DNA from: Octopus bimaculoides
Taxonomy: Eukaryota
Direction: 5' to 3'
Assembly (NCBI RefSeq): GCF_001194135.2
Contig: NC_068996.1
Span: 54,211,932 to 54,271,331 of the forward strand
DNA: 59,400 nucleotides
Part shown: positions 13,567-27,101 of the stretch, in pieces
Numbering within the stretch: the first letter of the stretch is position 1
Layout: every line of letters begins with the position of its first letter
The notes under the pieces: model-generated
The model's database searches: none
Told to the model about the DNA's origin: nothing
What the model saw: the letters and a program-made list of their open reading frames with translations, nothing else
Translations under genes and position numbers: made by a program

Positions 13567-13632
<66 letters not shown>

Positions 13633-13639
13633 GCCCACT

Positions 13640-14760
13640 CAAAATGAGTTTAAGTTTCTCAATAAAATTACTTACTTCTCTTCTAACTTCACTTGAACCA
13701 TAAAGATTGTAGAATAGGAATATTAAGAACATTTTATTACGTTTCAAAATGATTGCTTAATGCGATCTGACAGACGGTAAGGTCCCTAATTTGTTGCGAA
13801 TATATTGGCGTGTGTTCTGATAATGAATTTTCTGTGTGACCAATATATAAAGTTGATTAGATTTCTTCTTTTAAACTTCATATTTACATTTTGTAATATT
13901 CTTCGATTTTTGCGATGATATACTGACCAGTATGTATTACGTTTTGTATGTACTGTACCATTATATCGAGGAATGGTTATTTTGTTTGCTCATCTCCTTT
14001 GTGAAGTTGGATTTAGATTGTTCAGAAGGACGCAGAATTCTTCCAAAATATCTACAAATTTTATTCAAATTTGAAAACACTCAAGATATTTTCATACGGC
14101 CTTTATATACCTTCTAAAGTCAGTGCCATAGTTCTCATCTACTATTTGATTCACTTTTTTTTCCAAGCATCCAATTATTGAATTTGGATAAACTGAAACA
14201 AACTTGGTTCCCATCACCGTATTTCTAGTTTGAAGATTGCCATTGTAAAAGAATGTGTTATTTTTGTGGATAAGACTCACAGCGTCTAATGTAACGCTTG
14301 CGGTGAATCTACTGTTACTCGACCCTGTATTTAATTACAGTTATTCCTAAATCACGTGGGATATATTAAATATATCCTTAGCTTTCATATATATCTGAGA
14401 TTACCTTACTGTGGTAAGGTATTGTGTTTTTGAATCATATATTAATATTTACTGAAAGATGTATTGGTATATATAATTAAATCGACAAATCAAATAGCAG
14501 AGAAGCATATGAGATATTGCTGGCTACCTTCAAAATACAGGTGTGGTGAGCTTTATCGTTTCGAGAAAATTTTGACCACAACACAAGCTCTTCGATGTGG
14601 CACTAGAGAAACACTATCTATCCACGAAGGTAAATGACCTTATCATAGACTGCAACACAAAGTTCAGTTTGGGCTCTTTCTCTGGTGAGCTGACATCTGA
14701 CTAGTAATAACTAGAAGTGGAAATAATCACCGAATACACAATCTCAGTATCCCTATTTAC
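13640..14760 (-). mobile_element. Penelope-like element RT remnant
   Basis: NIPRDLGITVIKY..SLIHKNNTFFYNGNLQTRNTVMGTKF..GCLEKK..LNNLNP..PFLDI-like pieces. Confidence 0.8.
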
Positions 14761-15391
14761 ATTTTTAATTAACATTCATGGCCATGTAATTGATTAGAAA
14801 TCAGTAGATACTGTTTATATCCTAAATAAATATCATCTATGTCAGCGAGTTTCTCAGCCACCCGGAATCGCTAGAAGTACCACCAATTGAAGCAGAAACA
14901 CGCGACGACAGCCCTTCACTTGTCTTCAGCCAAACAATCTGCCTTGTTTTTAATAGTTTATCAGTTTTGGAAGATACTTGATTCTTGATATTAGCTCCCC
15001 TTCTCGCTAAGCATTGGTACCAGTTGACCTCAAACTTTTGTTATACATTCCCTAGATGTAGAGGTGATGACTAAGAATCAAGAATTTATTATGAGCTAAT
15101 TTGATTTATCCACATTTGCCTGTTCTTTACAAATATACCGCTAACTACGGTGACTTATTTAGCTTGGCTCATTTTCATCTAATATACATGTGTGTGTATG
15201 TGTGCGCGCTTGTGTGTGTGCGTTTGTGTGTGCGTGTGTGTTTGTGTGCATAGGTGTATGTGTACATACACTCATTGTTCCATAATAGCTGTGAAAAAAA
15301 ACTAAGAAAATACTGAAAATCTAAAATGAGAAAGATAAAAGTCAAAATCATACACTCACACACACATATAGGAATGTATGTCTGTATATGA

Positions 15392-15432
<41 letters not shown>

Positions 15433-15442
15433 NNNNNNNNNN

Positions 15443-15476
<34 letters not shown>

Positions 15477-15580
15477 GTGTGAGTGTGTGTGTATACATAT
15501 GTATGTATATATTTTATATATACATATCCACACAAACACATACATATACATACATACATTTACACATACACACTCACATA

Positions 15581-15623
<43 letters not shown>

Positions 15624-16803
15624 ACGCGCGCGCGTATGTAAGTATATATGATAGAAAGAAATGTTGGTAAGCTTAAATATTCAGGAAATTAATCATTGAA
15701 CAATAAGACCAAATTTTGTTGCACCTTTCCATGACCTTGTAAATATTTCCAAATAATGGGATGAAGCTTTCCTTTTCATGAGAAAGTATTAAATTAATAT
15801 CGTGATCAACCGGAGATTCATTCAATTATGAATATATTATGGATTATCTATGATGTACGTGCCAACATCTTTCGGAAGCATTGACAAGATATATATGTTG
15901 TTTATTCTCTATGCCTAAGTGATGTTTCTCTTTAGCCTCAACTTACCATTTTCCAGCAGAACTTTGATCAAGAACATTCGGTTCATGACCATCCCATCTT
16001 TACGTGTACCCATAACTATATTATTCTATGTGTGTTACTCTGTTTGAAGAGATTGGAGATAGTTGAAGTAATTTAGCCACTGTTTTAGCAACGGTTTCAC
16101 GACATAAAGTTCATATAACGTAGAAGCAAATTTCAAACACGATTGTGGTAAACGGCGCCGGCTTAGCGAAACACATGGCTAAAAGAAATACGTCTAGTTG
16201 ATTAATTAGGCTTCTAGATGGATACAATATTGATTTTAGAAGAAATCAACAAATCATTTACAATTAAGGGTGCTGAATTTATTGTTCCAATTTATAATAT
16301 CACGAACAAACGTTTCCAAAACCATCATTAATTATGGAACGAATTTTTCTATTTTAAGGTATTTCAGTCACATTAGGTCGACTCTGACTTTACGCATTCC
16401 AGTAGTTCATAAAATAATCACTTGTAATTACTAACAAGCTGGAAGCTGGGATCGATCATCAAGTTATGTTTCTATGTGTGTGCATGATATATGTGTGTAT
16501 GCGTGTATGTGTATGCCATTGTGCGTGTGTGTATGTGTGTAAATGTTTGTTTTAATGTCAAGTTATAAATAAAAACAATTTAACATTAAACTGAAAGATT
16601 ACTCGATGCTTCTAGTAGAGTACATGTTTACTAAACATTTACAAAGAAAGCGTTGACAGTGACTTTAAACGTATGTCTGTATGTGTTTGTATATACACAC
16701 ATACATACGCATACACAAACATACACACTACACTCTCTCTCTCTCTCTCACGCACGCGTACGCGCGCGCGCGCACACACACACACACACATAAGGTGTTC
16801 TAA

Positions 16804-16835
<32 letters not shown>

Positions 16836-16837
16836 TC

Positions 16838-17262
16838 TTTAATTATTTTACATGTTTCAGTCATTTGACTGCAGCAATGCTGGAGCACCACCTTTAGGGG
16901 TTGAGTCGAATAAATCGACCCCAGGACTTTTTCTCTATAAGTCTAGAACTTATTCTATCGGGGTTTTTTTTGCCGAACCGCTAGTCTACGGTGACATAAA
17001 CACACCAACATCGGTTGTCAAGTGATGCTGGGGACGGAGGACAAACACAGACACAAACACACAAATATATACATACACGCGTACATGCATATATAAATAT
17101 ATATATACATACGATGGGCTTCTTTCGGTTTCCGTCTACCAAATCCGCTCACAGGCTTTGGTTGATCTGAGGCTATAGTAGAAGACACTTGCCCAATGTG
17201 CCACGCAATGGGACTGAACCCAGAACCATGTGGTTGAGAAGCAAACAACTTACCAAGGATTA
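16838..17262 (-). mobile_element. SINE family B, near full length
   Basis: Minus strand: ggtaagttgtttgcttctcaaccacatggttctgggttcagtccc..gatttggtagacggaaaccgaaagaagccc..(TA/TG)n..gctccagcattgctgcagtcaaatgactgaaacatg. Confidence 0.9.
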
Positions 17263-17324
17263 TGAAGTCAGCGTTTGTCAAAATAAATTTCATTTTCAAA
17301 AGTTTTAAAGAATCTACAGACCGA

Positions 17325-17355
<31 letters not shown>

Positions 17356-17369
17356 GAATGCCTGTTTTC

Positions 17370-18446
17370 AAACAGGCGTTCATATATTAAAATGAAGCGA
17401 TGGGGGATGGCAAACATCAGGAAACATTTTGTTTGATATTTGTGTGCGTTATTGTTCAATAATTTCCTTCGATTCGTCGACATTTGCCGGATTTGTTCGT
17501 AATATTTAAGTATCATCATAAAATGCTGAGTGGTGAGAGATCCACTGAACGCGATGCTTATTGTGCTGAACCCCTTCGTTCAATCCATGTGTTTGGTAGA
17601 ATTTCATCAATGTAGGCGTTTATATTTCCATGGTAGTATGGAGGTGCCCCGTCTTAATGAAAATAAAATACCACATCAAAGTTCTCTCGAATGTTTGACA
17701 TGACAGGTTGTCGCATTAAGTTCAAGTAAATGGGACCAGTGAGAGTAACATAACAAATTAATTGTCCAATTAATTTGTATTTTTTTATAAGCCGTACCAT
17801 ACTGTAACTCTTGGTAAATTAACATGACGTTCCTCCATAAATAACAGGTCCACTGGTCTCAGAGGCTGCAAATGTGGAGGTAAAACAAGCCATTTAAATT
17901 AAGCCTCTTCACACCAAAATATCTTTGTTACCAAATGTGATTTTTTCTCTATAGCTTGCAAAGTATTACTCGTAAGACTTCGGTCATCGGTCCAGATCAT
18001 CTTTACAAAGAACACGGATTAATGTACGAATGTACCTTTTCTATTGACAGCACTTCGAATGCAATGAACGTTTGATTTTGAAATTCGTATCTCGTGGATT
18101 TGCTTACAGCACAAATTGCTGCACAAAATATGTTACTTTGCTTTGTGAGGTTAGTTGATGTCTACAGTCTTCCGAAACATTTATTATGAGCTTTCTGAAC
18201 AGTTCCATCCGCTTCAAATCTATCTCTAATTCGAGCGGTAGGAATGTAAACAGGTAGGTCACTTTGAAATCCCCTTCCAAGCTGTCTTAGCACTTTTTCA
18301 AACTTCCGGTCGTACTTTTGGACAAATTTTCTTTCTTCAAAGCTTAGTCTGACTTCCTTCACTTTTTCAAATGGGTTAAATCTAAAACGAAATGAAAATT
18401 GAATTATCAGCTGTTAATGTGTGTATACATATTTTTGGCCTGCCTG
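17370..18446 (-). mobile_element. Tc1/mariner-superfamily (DUF4817-type) transposon remnant
   Basis: N-terminus LSFEERKFV..ARIRDRFEADGTV. Catalytic region FH*DGAPPYYH..WIERRGS..SRSVDLSPL. The end reads TA|caggcaggccaaaa. Confidence 0.8.
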
Positions 18447-18641
18447 TACATATATATATGTCGCCATGATAGATCGCTGACCACGACATTTAAATTTTTT
18501 TCTCCTTGTTTTTCTCCTTATTTCTTTCGTAGCTGGAAACGTTAAAGACTTTCTCTAATCCCGAGTGTTAAACTAATAAATCCTTTTGTTGTTTACACCA
18601 CCTGTCCTCGTCTGTTGTTGGTTTTTTTTTCGTAAATTCTC

Positions 18642-18692
<51 letters not shown>

Positions 18693-19384
18693 TTACTCGA
18701 ATATATATATGTGTGTGTGCGTTAATTGATAGAACACTTGATAGATAAATAGTTAGAAATATAGATACAGGTACACATGTGTATATACATACATGCATGC
18801 CAAATTTAAAAAGAGAAGAGTTCCACCCACCCACCCATCCATCCATCCACCCATCCATACATACATACATACATACATACATACATTACATTACATTACA
18901 TTACATTACATTACGTTACATAAATACATAAGCTTTTCTTTTAAACATGTATTGAAAAGTCTACAGCGTTCTGCTTTTGCCATTTTTATCATTTCTGTCG
19001 TTTTTTCCCATATATTTGCATTAAATTCCTGCAAGTTGTAAGAGATAATAAAATGAAAGCATAATGCATCTGCACACTTGGAGTTGCCCTGGAAACATTT
19101 TATTGGTTTGCTGTCTGCAAGAAGGGCATTCGGAGAAAGGTGATATCTAAGTGGTTTAAACTTACCTTTGAACAGCTGCAAGCTGATGATTGCAAAAAAA
19201 CATCCCGGGCGGGATAGGGGACGGACAGTGGAGGACTGCCGGACTGTAGTGATGGACAGATATGCAATGGGTGAAGTGATATGGGTGTCGCGAAGAGGAG
19301 AGACGAGGGATTAGATGATACTGTGCTGAAGTGGCTTAGGCTCATGTGTTCTAAAAGAAAAAGCCACTGTTGTTTTTACTACTG

Positions 19385-19423
<39 letters not shown>

Positions 19424-19604
19424 CAGAATCAGCAGCAACAGTAGTAGTACTAGTAATGGAAGCAGCAGCAGCGGGATTAGCTATAGTGGTTGTAGTAGTA
19501 GTAGTAGAAAAGACAGGCTTGTGATACAGTGCATCGGTGGATGAGAGTTTAGAGTGCATTGGTGAACGGCTTCATTCCCCTCGATCGGGTGACATATAAA
19601 TATT

Positions 19605-19990
19605 GGTTTCAAATTTTGGCACAAGGCCTGCAATTTCAGGAAGGGGTAACTTGATTAAGTCGCTGCCATTGCACAACTGGTACTTATTTTATCGACTCCG
19701 AAAGGATGACAGTCAAAGTCGAGCTCGGCGGAATGGGTGCCATTCGTAATATAACATAATAGAATAGAATGTAATATTATATTATGCTATATGTCATTTA
19801 TTAAGGCGGTGAGCTGCAGGAATCGTTAGCACGCCGGACACATAGTCTTTTCCGGCTTTACTTTCTAAGTTCAAATTTCGCTGATGTCAACTTTGTCTTT
19901 CATCCATTTTGAGTCGATGAAATAAATAACGGTTGATGTAATCGACCAGCACCACTCCCACCAAATTTCATGCCATGTGCCTGTAATAGA
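19605..19990. mobile_element. SINE family A fragments (minus at ~19605-19735, plus at 19804-19990)
   Basis: gtcaaagtcgagctcggcggaat and aaggcggtgagctgcaggaatcgttagcacgccgg match family A. Confidence 0.75.
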
Positions 19991-20522
19991 AAATATGGCG
20001 CTTGTTTTCTTCCTCCGTGTTGTCATTTTTTTTATTCATCTTTNNNNNNNNNNNNNNNNNNNNNNNNNNNNNNNNNNNNNNNNNNNNNNNNNNNNNNNNN
20101 NNNNNNNNNNNNNNNNNNNNNNNNNNNNNNNNNNNNNNNNNNNNNNNNNNNNNNNNNNNNNNNNNNNNNNNNNNNNNNNNNNNNNNNNNNNNNNNNNNNN
20201 NNNNNNNNNNNNNNNNNNNNNNNNNNNNNNNNNNNNNNNNNNNNNNNNNNNNNNNNNNNNNNNNNNNNNNNNNNNNNNNNNNNNNNNNNNNNNNNNNNNN
20301 NNNNNNNNNNNNNNNNNNNNNNNNNNNNNNNNNNNNNNNNNNNNNNNNNNNNNNNNNNNNNNNNNNNNNNNNNNNNNNNNNNNNNNNNNNNNNNNNNNNN
20401 NNNNNNNNNNNNNNNNNNNNNNNNNNNNNNNNNNNNNNNNNNNNNNNNNNNNNNNNNNNNNNNNNNNNNNNNNNNNNNNNNNNNNNNNNNNNNNNNNNNN
20501 NNNNNNNNNNNNNNNNNNNNNN

Positions 20523-20566
<44 letters not shown>

Positions 20567-21714
20567 GTATATATCATAGTTCTAGAATTTTACCTTTGAA
20601 TACTACATAGTATATACTAGATTATATACTATATAGTATATATATTGTATAGCGTATACTAAACGAAAAAAGTCCTGTTAGTGTCATCTCTGCCAACTAC
20701 GCTACATGAATTTTGGTGCACTCCGGTCAGTTGGTGACCTGTTGACAGAGTATGAGTTTCTGTTTACATATAATTTGTACACACACACACACACACACAC
20801 ACATAACCACATACATGATGCGTTGGAGCAACTTCAGTATATTAAACTGAATATAGTAAATATTTGCTGCTGACTAACGTCGGGATAAAATCCAAGATCG
20901 CAGCTAAATAGCAAGATTTGGTTTTGGTCTTTAATCAGCGAACCAATTTCTGCTCAGTGCCTTACTAACTGTACCACACTTACAAACTTGATAATAATTC
21001 CACAGTAAAAATTAAGAAAAAGGCAATAATAAATGTTGGTACATGACCTGTGATTTCAGAGAGACGAGGTTAGTTGCATGATTATATATTTTATGGTTTA
21101 AGTTTGCATGTTTTCGAAATAACTAAGTATTGAAGTTTAACAAAGTTTCATATTTGAGAGGATTAATAGCGTTCCTTGATTAGTTATCCATCATCAGTTG
21201 TGTTCATGCAACATTTTGAAAGAAGGAAACCAATTCTGTTTCCCCAGTGCAACATAGCAAACGAACTTGCTAGTCAATTCACTACATGAAAACTCCAAGA
21301 GTTTCTTTCGTGTCCTAATGGGTTTTTTTTTATCTTTTCTCTAATTTCTTCTTGTTTTACTTTTTATTTTTCAATCTTTCTATTGTCATTTGTTTATTTT
21401 ATTTTTTTCATCTCTTTGTTATTCGTAACTACATTCTATAGCAATAATAATTGTGTAGCTTTTCAACAACCAGTCAAATCACGAGTTTACTTTCAAATAC
21501 ATTGTGACATTTCATCAATACATAAAATTTATACTTATGTAAATGTATGAACATTGTTAATCCACAGATACCCAAGCATGTTACAGATAAGACTGACAAT
21601 GACATCAGTGAAATTTGGACTTCAGTTCATTTTTTACAAGCCGACATTTTGTATTACGTACACCTTGTAATTATACATGAACGCTCTTTCGCTTCTTTGT
21701 GCGTATATCTAAAT

Positions 21715-22320
21715 GTACTTATGTATGTGTATGTGTGTGTGTATGTATGTGTATGTATGTATGTGTATGTATGTATGTTTGTATGTATGTGTATGTATGT
21801 ATTTGAATGTATATGTATGTGTGTATGCATGTACGTATGAATGTGTGTGTTTGTATGTATGTATGCATGTGTGTATGCATATATGTATTTGTACGTATGT
21901 ATGTGCGTGTATGTATGCCCGCATGCATGGACGTATGTATGTGTGTATATATGTATGTTTGTATGTTTGTATGTATGATATGTATGTATGGCTATGTATG
22001 TATATGTATGTGTGTATGTATGTTTGTATGTATGTTTGTGTGTGTGTATGTATGTCTGTGTGTGTGTATGTCTGTATGTATGGGTATGCATGTATGGGTA
22101 TGTATGTATGTGTATGCATGTATCTGTCTGTGTGTTTATTCCTATATATATATATATGTCATTGTTCGGTTTTATTTCAAAATTTCTTGCCAATAGAGAA
22201 AGAATCGGTTTCTAACCTAGATCGAATTTCAACATAAAAAAACAATGTATGTATGTATGTATGTATGTATGTATGTATGTGTATGTATGTATGTGTGCAG
22301 ATTTGCATGTTTTTTTTATG
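21715..22320. repeat. Long degenerate (TATG/TG)n microsatellite, representative of dozens of (TA)n, (CA)n, (TATG)n, (AAT)n, (GAT)n, (GATA)n and (TC)n tracts
   Basis: Directly visible. These tracts generate the HT/YI/CV-rich spurious ORFs. Confidence 0.95.
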
Positions 22321-22539
22321 TACGTATATTCATGCATATAGTTGCATATCTAGACATGCTCATATGTATTTAAATGAGTTTTGTAATCACAGTTTCTTCG
22401 AAAACTACAACTAGAAAGAATTTGTTTACATGTTTGAGCTGTTGTTTATGTTCTGTTTCTTGATTGTTTTGTTGTTGATGTTGTGTCCAGCCATGTTGTC
22501 TGTGGTAAATCTCTCCATGGTAAATCATTACGATCTTGA

Positions 22540-22680
22540 ATAAAAGGCTCCCTCGGCTAATTTATCTGAAGATTAACCAGTTTTTTAACAAGGTTGGTAC
22601 TTGTGGCTCCAAAGTTGGAGGTAGAATTCATCGCATTTTCGATAGTCTCCCACGCCAAATACGCGACCTGTGCCTTCGAG
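22540..22680 (+). mobile_element. CR1-like LINE 3' fragment
   Basis: RIFDSLPRQIRDL resembles the LFNxLPxxIR end-of-ORF2 motif. Confidence 0.4.
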
Positions 22681-23154
22681 TTCGTAATGTATGTATGTAT
22701 GTATGTATGTATGTATGTATGTATGTATGTATGTATGTGGCTGTATGTATGTATGTATGTATGTATGTGTGTATATATGTAAGCCATGTCATAACTCCTC
22801 AGTTCCAGATAGAAGCGTTGGTACGCTATTGCGTCTGGATACATAGCATAGCTAGAGAAGGGATTAGATTCTAGGGTGGGGGTCATTTCTTCCTGGATTT
22901 GAATACTGCAGATTTCTTCCAGTATGGTGAGAGAATCAGAAAGGAAAGGAAAGGAGAGAGAGAGAAAGAGAAAGACAAATACGCAGGGTCATCAAATGTT
23001 AATTTATTGTTTCGGAAAGGTTTAAAAGCAAAGTTGTTCTCGGTTGTATTTGAACTCAGAGAGCAATGAACTGGGATGAATAAAGCGACGCAATCTATCC
23101 GAGTCTGCCAAAAGGCCTCACATGTGTGAGTGTGTATGAGCGTGTGCGTGTGTT

Positions 23155-23230
<76 letters not shown>

Positions 23231-24662
23231 AAAGAGAGAGCAAGATAGAGGGAGAGGTGAGGTGAGAGGAGAGGGAGAAGTGAGAGGAGAGAGTGCAGTA
23301 TTCTGCATATGTGTTGAATACAACACATTCTGACAAATACAATTTGAAAGAGACTACCACAAATTGCCAAGTTAGACTAATTAGGACTGTAAACTTTGTT
23401 AAATCACAGACTCACTTTACCTAATTTGTCCGCGGTAGCACAGGTACTGATTGTACGATCTGAACTCACGACTTCCTTGAACGGCTCGTTATCTGAAAAG
23501 TGACTGAAGTCATCACTCAAAAACTACACAGTGAGCGCAACGTAGATTCTTGATGTATCATTGTTTCGAAAGTTTGAGCAAAAATTGATCGTAAATTACT
23601 TGTATTTCACTGTTGTCTTTATTAAGCTACCTCGAGAGAATTCAGCTGTGTGGTAAAATTAGAAAAAGGAACCCAACTGCAGGATATTTGATAGTGAACT
23701 GAAACGTATATGCGATCGAATGCAACACATTCCGACTGATCTTAATCTGACACATAATGCCACTAAATGCGTAACAAACAGTTGATGCATCTAGAGCTGA
23801 ACATTACTCGACATGATAAATATGGAATATAGTTAAGCGATTCAGAAAAATCACGTCAAACATACTACTCGTGTATATGTGTACATACGTGAATATACAT
23901 ATATGTATAGGTGTTATGTACACCACCGGAGCGTGTATTGACCAGATAAATGTTCAATTGTTCATACATTAAAACGGTTCGTTGGATTAATGTACATAGC
24001 GCATGTATTAGTTTTCCTATGGTTACAGAAAGGTTTTCTGAAGTGAACTTTTCATTATATTGCTGGTTATTATAAATATGATATTGAAAGATATATTATG
24101 ACAGAGAATTAGTTTCCGAAGATTGAACATTATAGGAAATGAAATTTTCTAATTATACATATGAGGCTTATCGGTTTTAGTTTGGTTTTAAGTGAAAGAA
24201 CATTTTCAAATGGACCTCATTGAAGCATATTTGAGTACCTAAGTTGTGCGATGGATGTAGGTATGTGTGTTGGTTAAGTGTTGTGTTTAAGACTTTATTG
24301 ATTGTGTTGTCCATTGTGTGGCTGAATAGCTGCAGCTGTATGTTCGTATCTTCGTGAGCGTGTTTCTTTTGCGCATATACATATATACATATATATATAT
24401 ATGCAACCAGTGTGGGTGTTGAAGGAGGAAATCGTCGATATTTGTGAGTGTGTGTGTGTGTGTGTGTGCATGTGCACACGTGCGTGTGTATGTATGTACC
24501 GGTGCATGTATGTGTGTGTTTGTGTACACACACACACACACACATGTATATATATACACATATGTATAAATGTATGTATGTACGTATGTATGTACGTATG
24601 TATGCATGTATGAATGTATGTATGTACGTACGTATGTATGTACGAATGCATGTATGTACGTA

Positions 24663-24943
24663 CGTAGGGGGGATTCTAAAGTTTAACATTAATACAAACC
24701 GGCCAATACCTGAAGTTAGTTGAGATCAGTCGAATTTATTGATATGCGCCTCGTCTGTCTTCCTGTCTATTTTTCCTACACGTCTCATCTCCTCGTTGCA
24801 GCCGACATCTACTTTCCCGATACATTCCCAACCACGCCCGACTGCCGGGATTCAGGGATTCCAGGATAGCTGGTCTACAACCGCCTGTGCTACCGCGTGT
24901 AGTTGAACTAGGTATAACAAGACAACTGAACAGAATAACTACA
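24663..24943 (-). mobile_element. Probable solo LTR
   Basis: Plus-strand ends (c)GTAG...CTACA. Flanks acgta/acgtt give a 5-bp TSD with one mismatch. The interior is GC-richer, with AATAAA on the minus strand near 24735. Confidence 0.55.
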
Positions 24944-25239
24944 ACGTTTTTTCCTCTTAGGCCAATGAGTATTCTCTCATCCTTTTTCTAAAATGTGTTG
25001 TAAACAAAATAGTAAAGATACTATTTAAAATATATAGAACCAAAATTGCTACAAATGACAATAAAAATTTGCTTACCATTTGGTTGCTAAAATTACTTCT
25101 GAATCACTCTGAATACACATATATGGACAAATATGTACATACACATAGAATAAAGGTATCGAAAGCCAAACAACTAGTTTCGTATCAGATTATGACATTC
25201 ATGTATTTGTATATTGACAAAACTTGAGGGGCGGATTGA

Positions 25240-25800
25240 ATCAATAAAAGGTTAGTTGAAGAATGTTCATAATGTTTGTGTTATTCACTGGTATTTTCCC
25301 GGAACTGTTATAAGGTAAGTTTGTATTATTGATATTAGATAATAGGTTAAAGCAGGTCATTATAAGTAGAATCCAATTTTTCCCTCTTCTCATCCGAAAA
25401 TAGAATAAATTGACACTTAAAAGTTAACTTCGGTCTGCTTACAGAGGATTGTACCAATTGTGCATCTATTCTAGAAACAGCTGTAGGGGAATACCTTCAC
25501 AGTATTTCTTATTTCTTGTTCTCATCTGTCGTTGGATTCCTCCTCAACCTATTATCTAATATCAATAATACAGATTTACTTTTCCAGGAATATACCAGAA
25601 TATATACCACAACCATTATGAACATTCCTCAACTGATCTTTGATTGATCTCATGCTCTAAACATTTGTGACATTCATTTCTACTCTTATGTTATATCATT
25701 TTACTTGACGCCAGCGGTTTACCTGTTTATAAATTTAGTCTGTTATACGCTGTACCAGCACGATTGAAACCGGCTTATGACCAATCTTCGTTAGGCAGAA
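25240..25800 (+). mobile_element. Penelope-like RT fragment with an inverted duplicate segment
   Basis: 25540-25650 resembles frameshifted RPIISNI..SSTDL. It is the reverse complement (~80%) of 25240-25348. Confidence 0.55.
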
Positions 25801-26220
25801 ATAACATTCCTGCATTTATAGTTACAGTTTAAGCGAGACTTTAGACAGGAACTCAACCTGAGCACCATTTGTATATAGCTATTATCTTACGTCATCAGAC
25901 ATAATATTACCTGGCAATTACATATATATATATGTATATAAACACGTATATAAAATATAAATAATATATGTTTGTTTATACGCATATTTATATATATATG
26001 AATGAGTGTGTATGTGTGTGTGTGTGTGTGTGTGTGTATTTGTGTGTGTGTGAGTGTATTTGTATGTATATATGCATACATACGGGCATATATTGGAGTA
26101 TGTTCATTTATATAATGTTAGGATCCTGTTGTCACTGAAGAACCGTTTACATTTGTAGTTTTGTAAGCGGTAAATTTTCAATGGAATTTTTATGTTATTC
26201 AACTGCTTTCCATTGCAATA

Positions 26221-27101
26221 CGAGGGGATACCCAATAGAAACCGGAATTTTGCAATATTATTCTATTCCCTTAGTTTTACATGTTTACACTTTTATCGCT
26301 TTCAAAGTAATTTCCATATGAAGCAATTCCTCGGTCCAGACGTGTTTTTCACAGTTCCAAGCAGTGCTAGAACTCTTGCCTATTAATGCCTCCGCCATTT
26401 TTTCTTTCACCTCTTCCACATCTGCAAATTCCGTAGTTCTAGCTTTCATCACCAGTGATGACCTTCGAGAAAAGGTCTGGATCAACTTCCAACTGTTCTT
26501 TCAGTTCATGACACACATTCACTCATGACTGCTCTTTATCTTCCATGAGCAAGCAAGGCTCAAATTTTTCTGCAGCTCTTTTAATTCACAATTCCTCGCT
26601 CAAAATTCGTTGGCAGAAGCTCCAAGACACACCAATCATATCAACAAGTTCGTCAATTGTTCGGTGATGGTCCTCCCAGAATACTTCATGAATTTCCATG
26701 ATGTTTTCATTCGTTCAGGTAGTCGACAGATACCTTGAACAAGGTTGGTCTTCAACTAATAAGTGACCATTCCTAAAGTTTGAAATCCACTCATAAAATT
26801 GTGTTTTGCTCATGGCAGCATCTTTGTAAGCTGTTTGAAGCATGACAACTGTTTCAGCTGCCGTTTTCCTCATCAGAAAACAGAATTTCACAGAAGGACA
26901 CTACTCCATTTCAGCCATCACAAAAATCGACGAATAGGAAAGAAGCACAAAACAAAGACGCACCACGTGACAGTAGGATTCCATGCGACAATGTCGGTCG
27001 GCAGACTGGTGCCAGAGGTAGGCATCTGGCGGCGGAAGTCTGAACTACAACTGGATTGTGCCACAGAGAACGTTTCCGGTTGCTTTTTTGGTACCCCCTC
27101 A
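26221..27101 (-). mobile_element. Internally deleted mariner element with both TIRs
   Basis: TA|cgaggggatacccaatagaaaccggaa ... tttccggttgcttttttggtaccccctca|TA. Translations KFCFLLRK..MLQTAYKDAAMSKTQFYEW and FADVEEVKEKMAEAL. Confidence 0.9.

Noticed and set aside
16130-16260. VVNGAGLAK resembling succinyl-CoA ligase (VNGAGLAM)
   Set aside because: The match is short, the flanks do not fit and there are no splice signals.
22585-22620. VLVAPK as eag exon 1 (GLVAPQNTF)
   Set aside because: No QNTFLE follows and there is no splice donor. The context is a CR1-like 3' fragment.
24801-24911. Plus-strand exon (cAG..G|GTATAA, one open frame)
   Set aside because: It lies inside a probable solo LTR and shows no similarity to eag.
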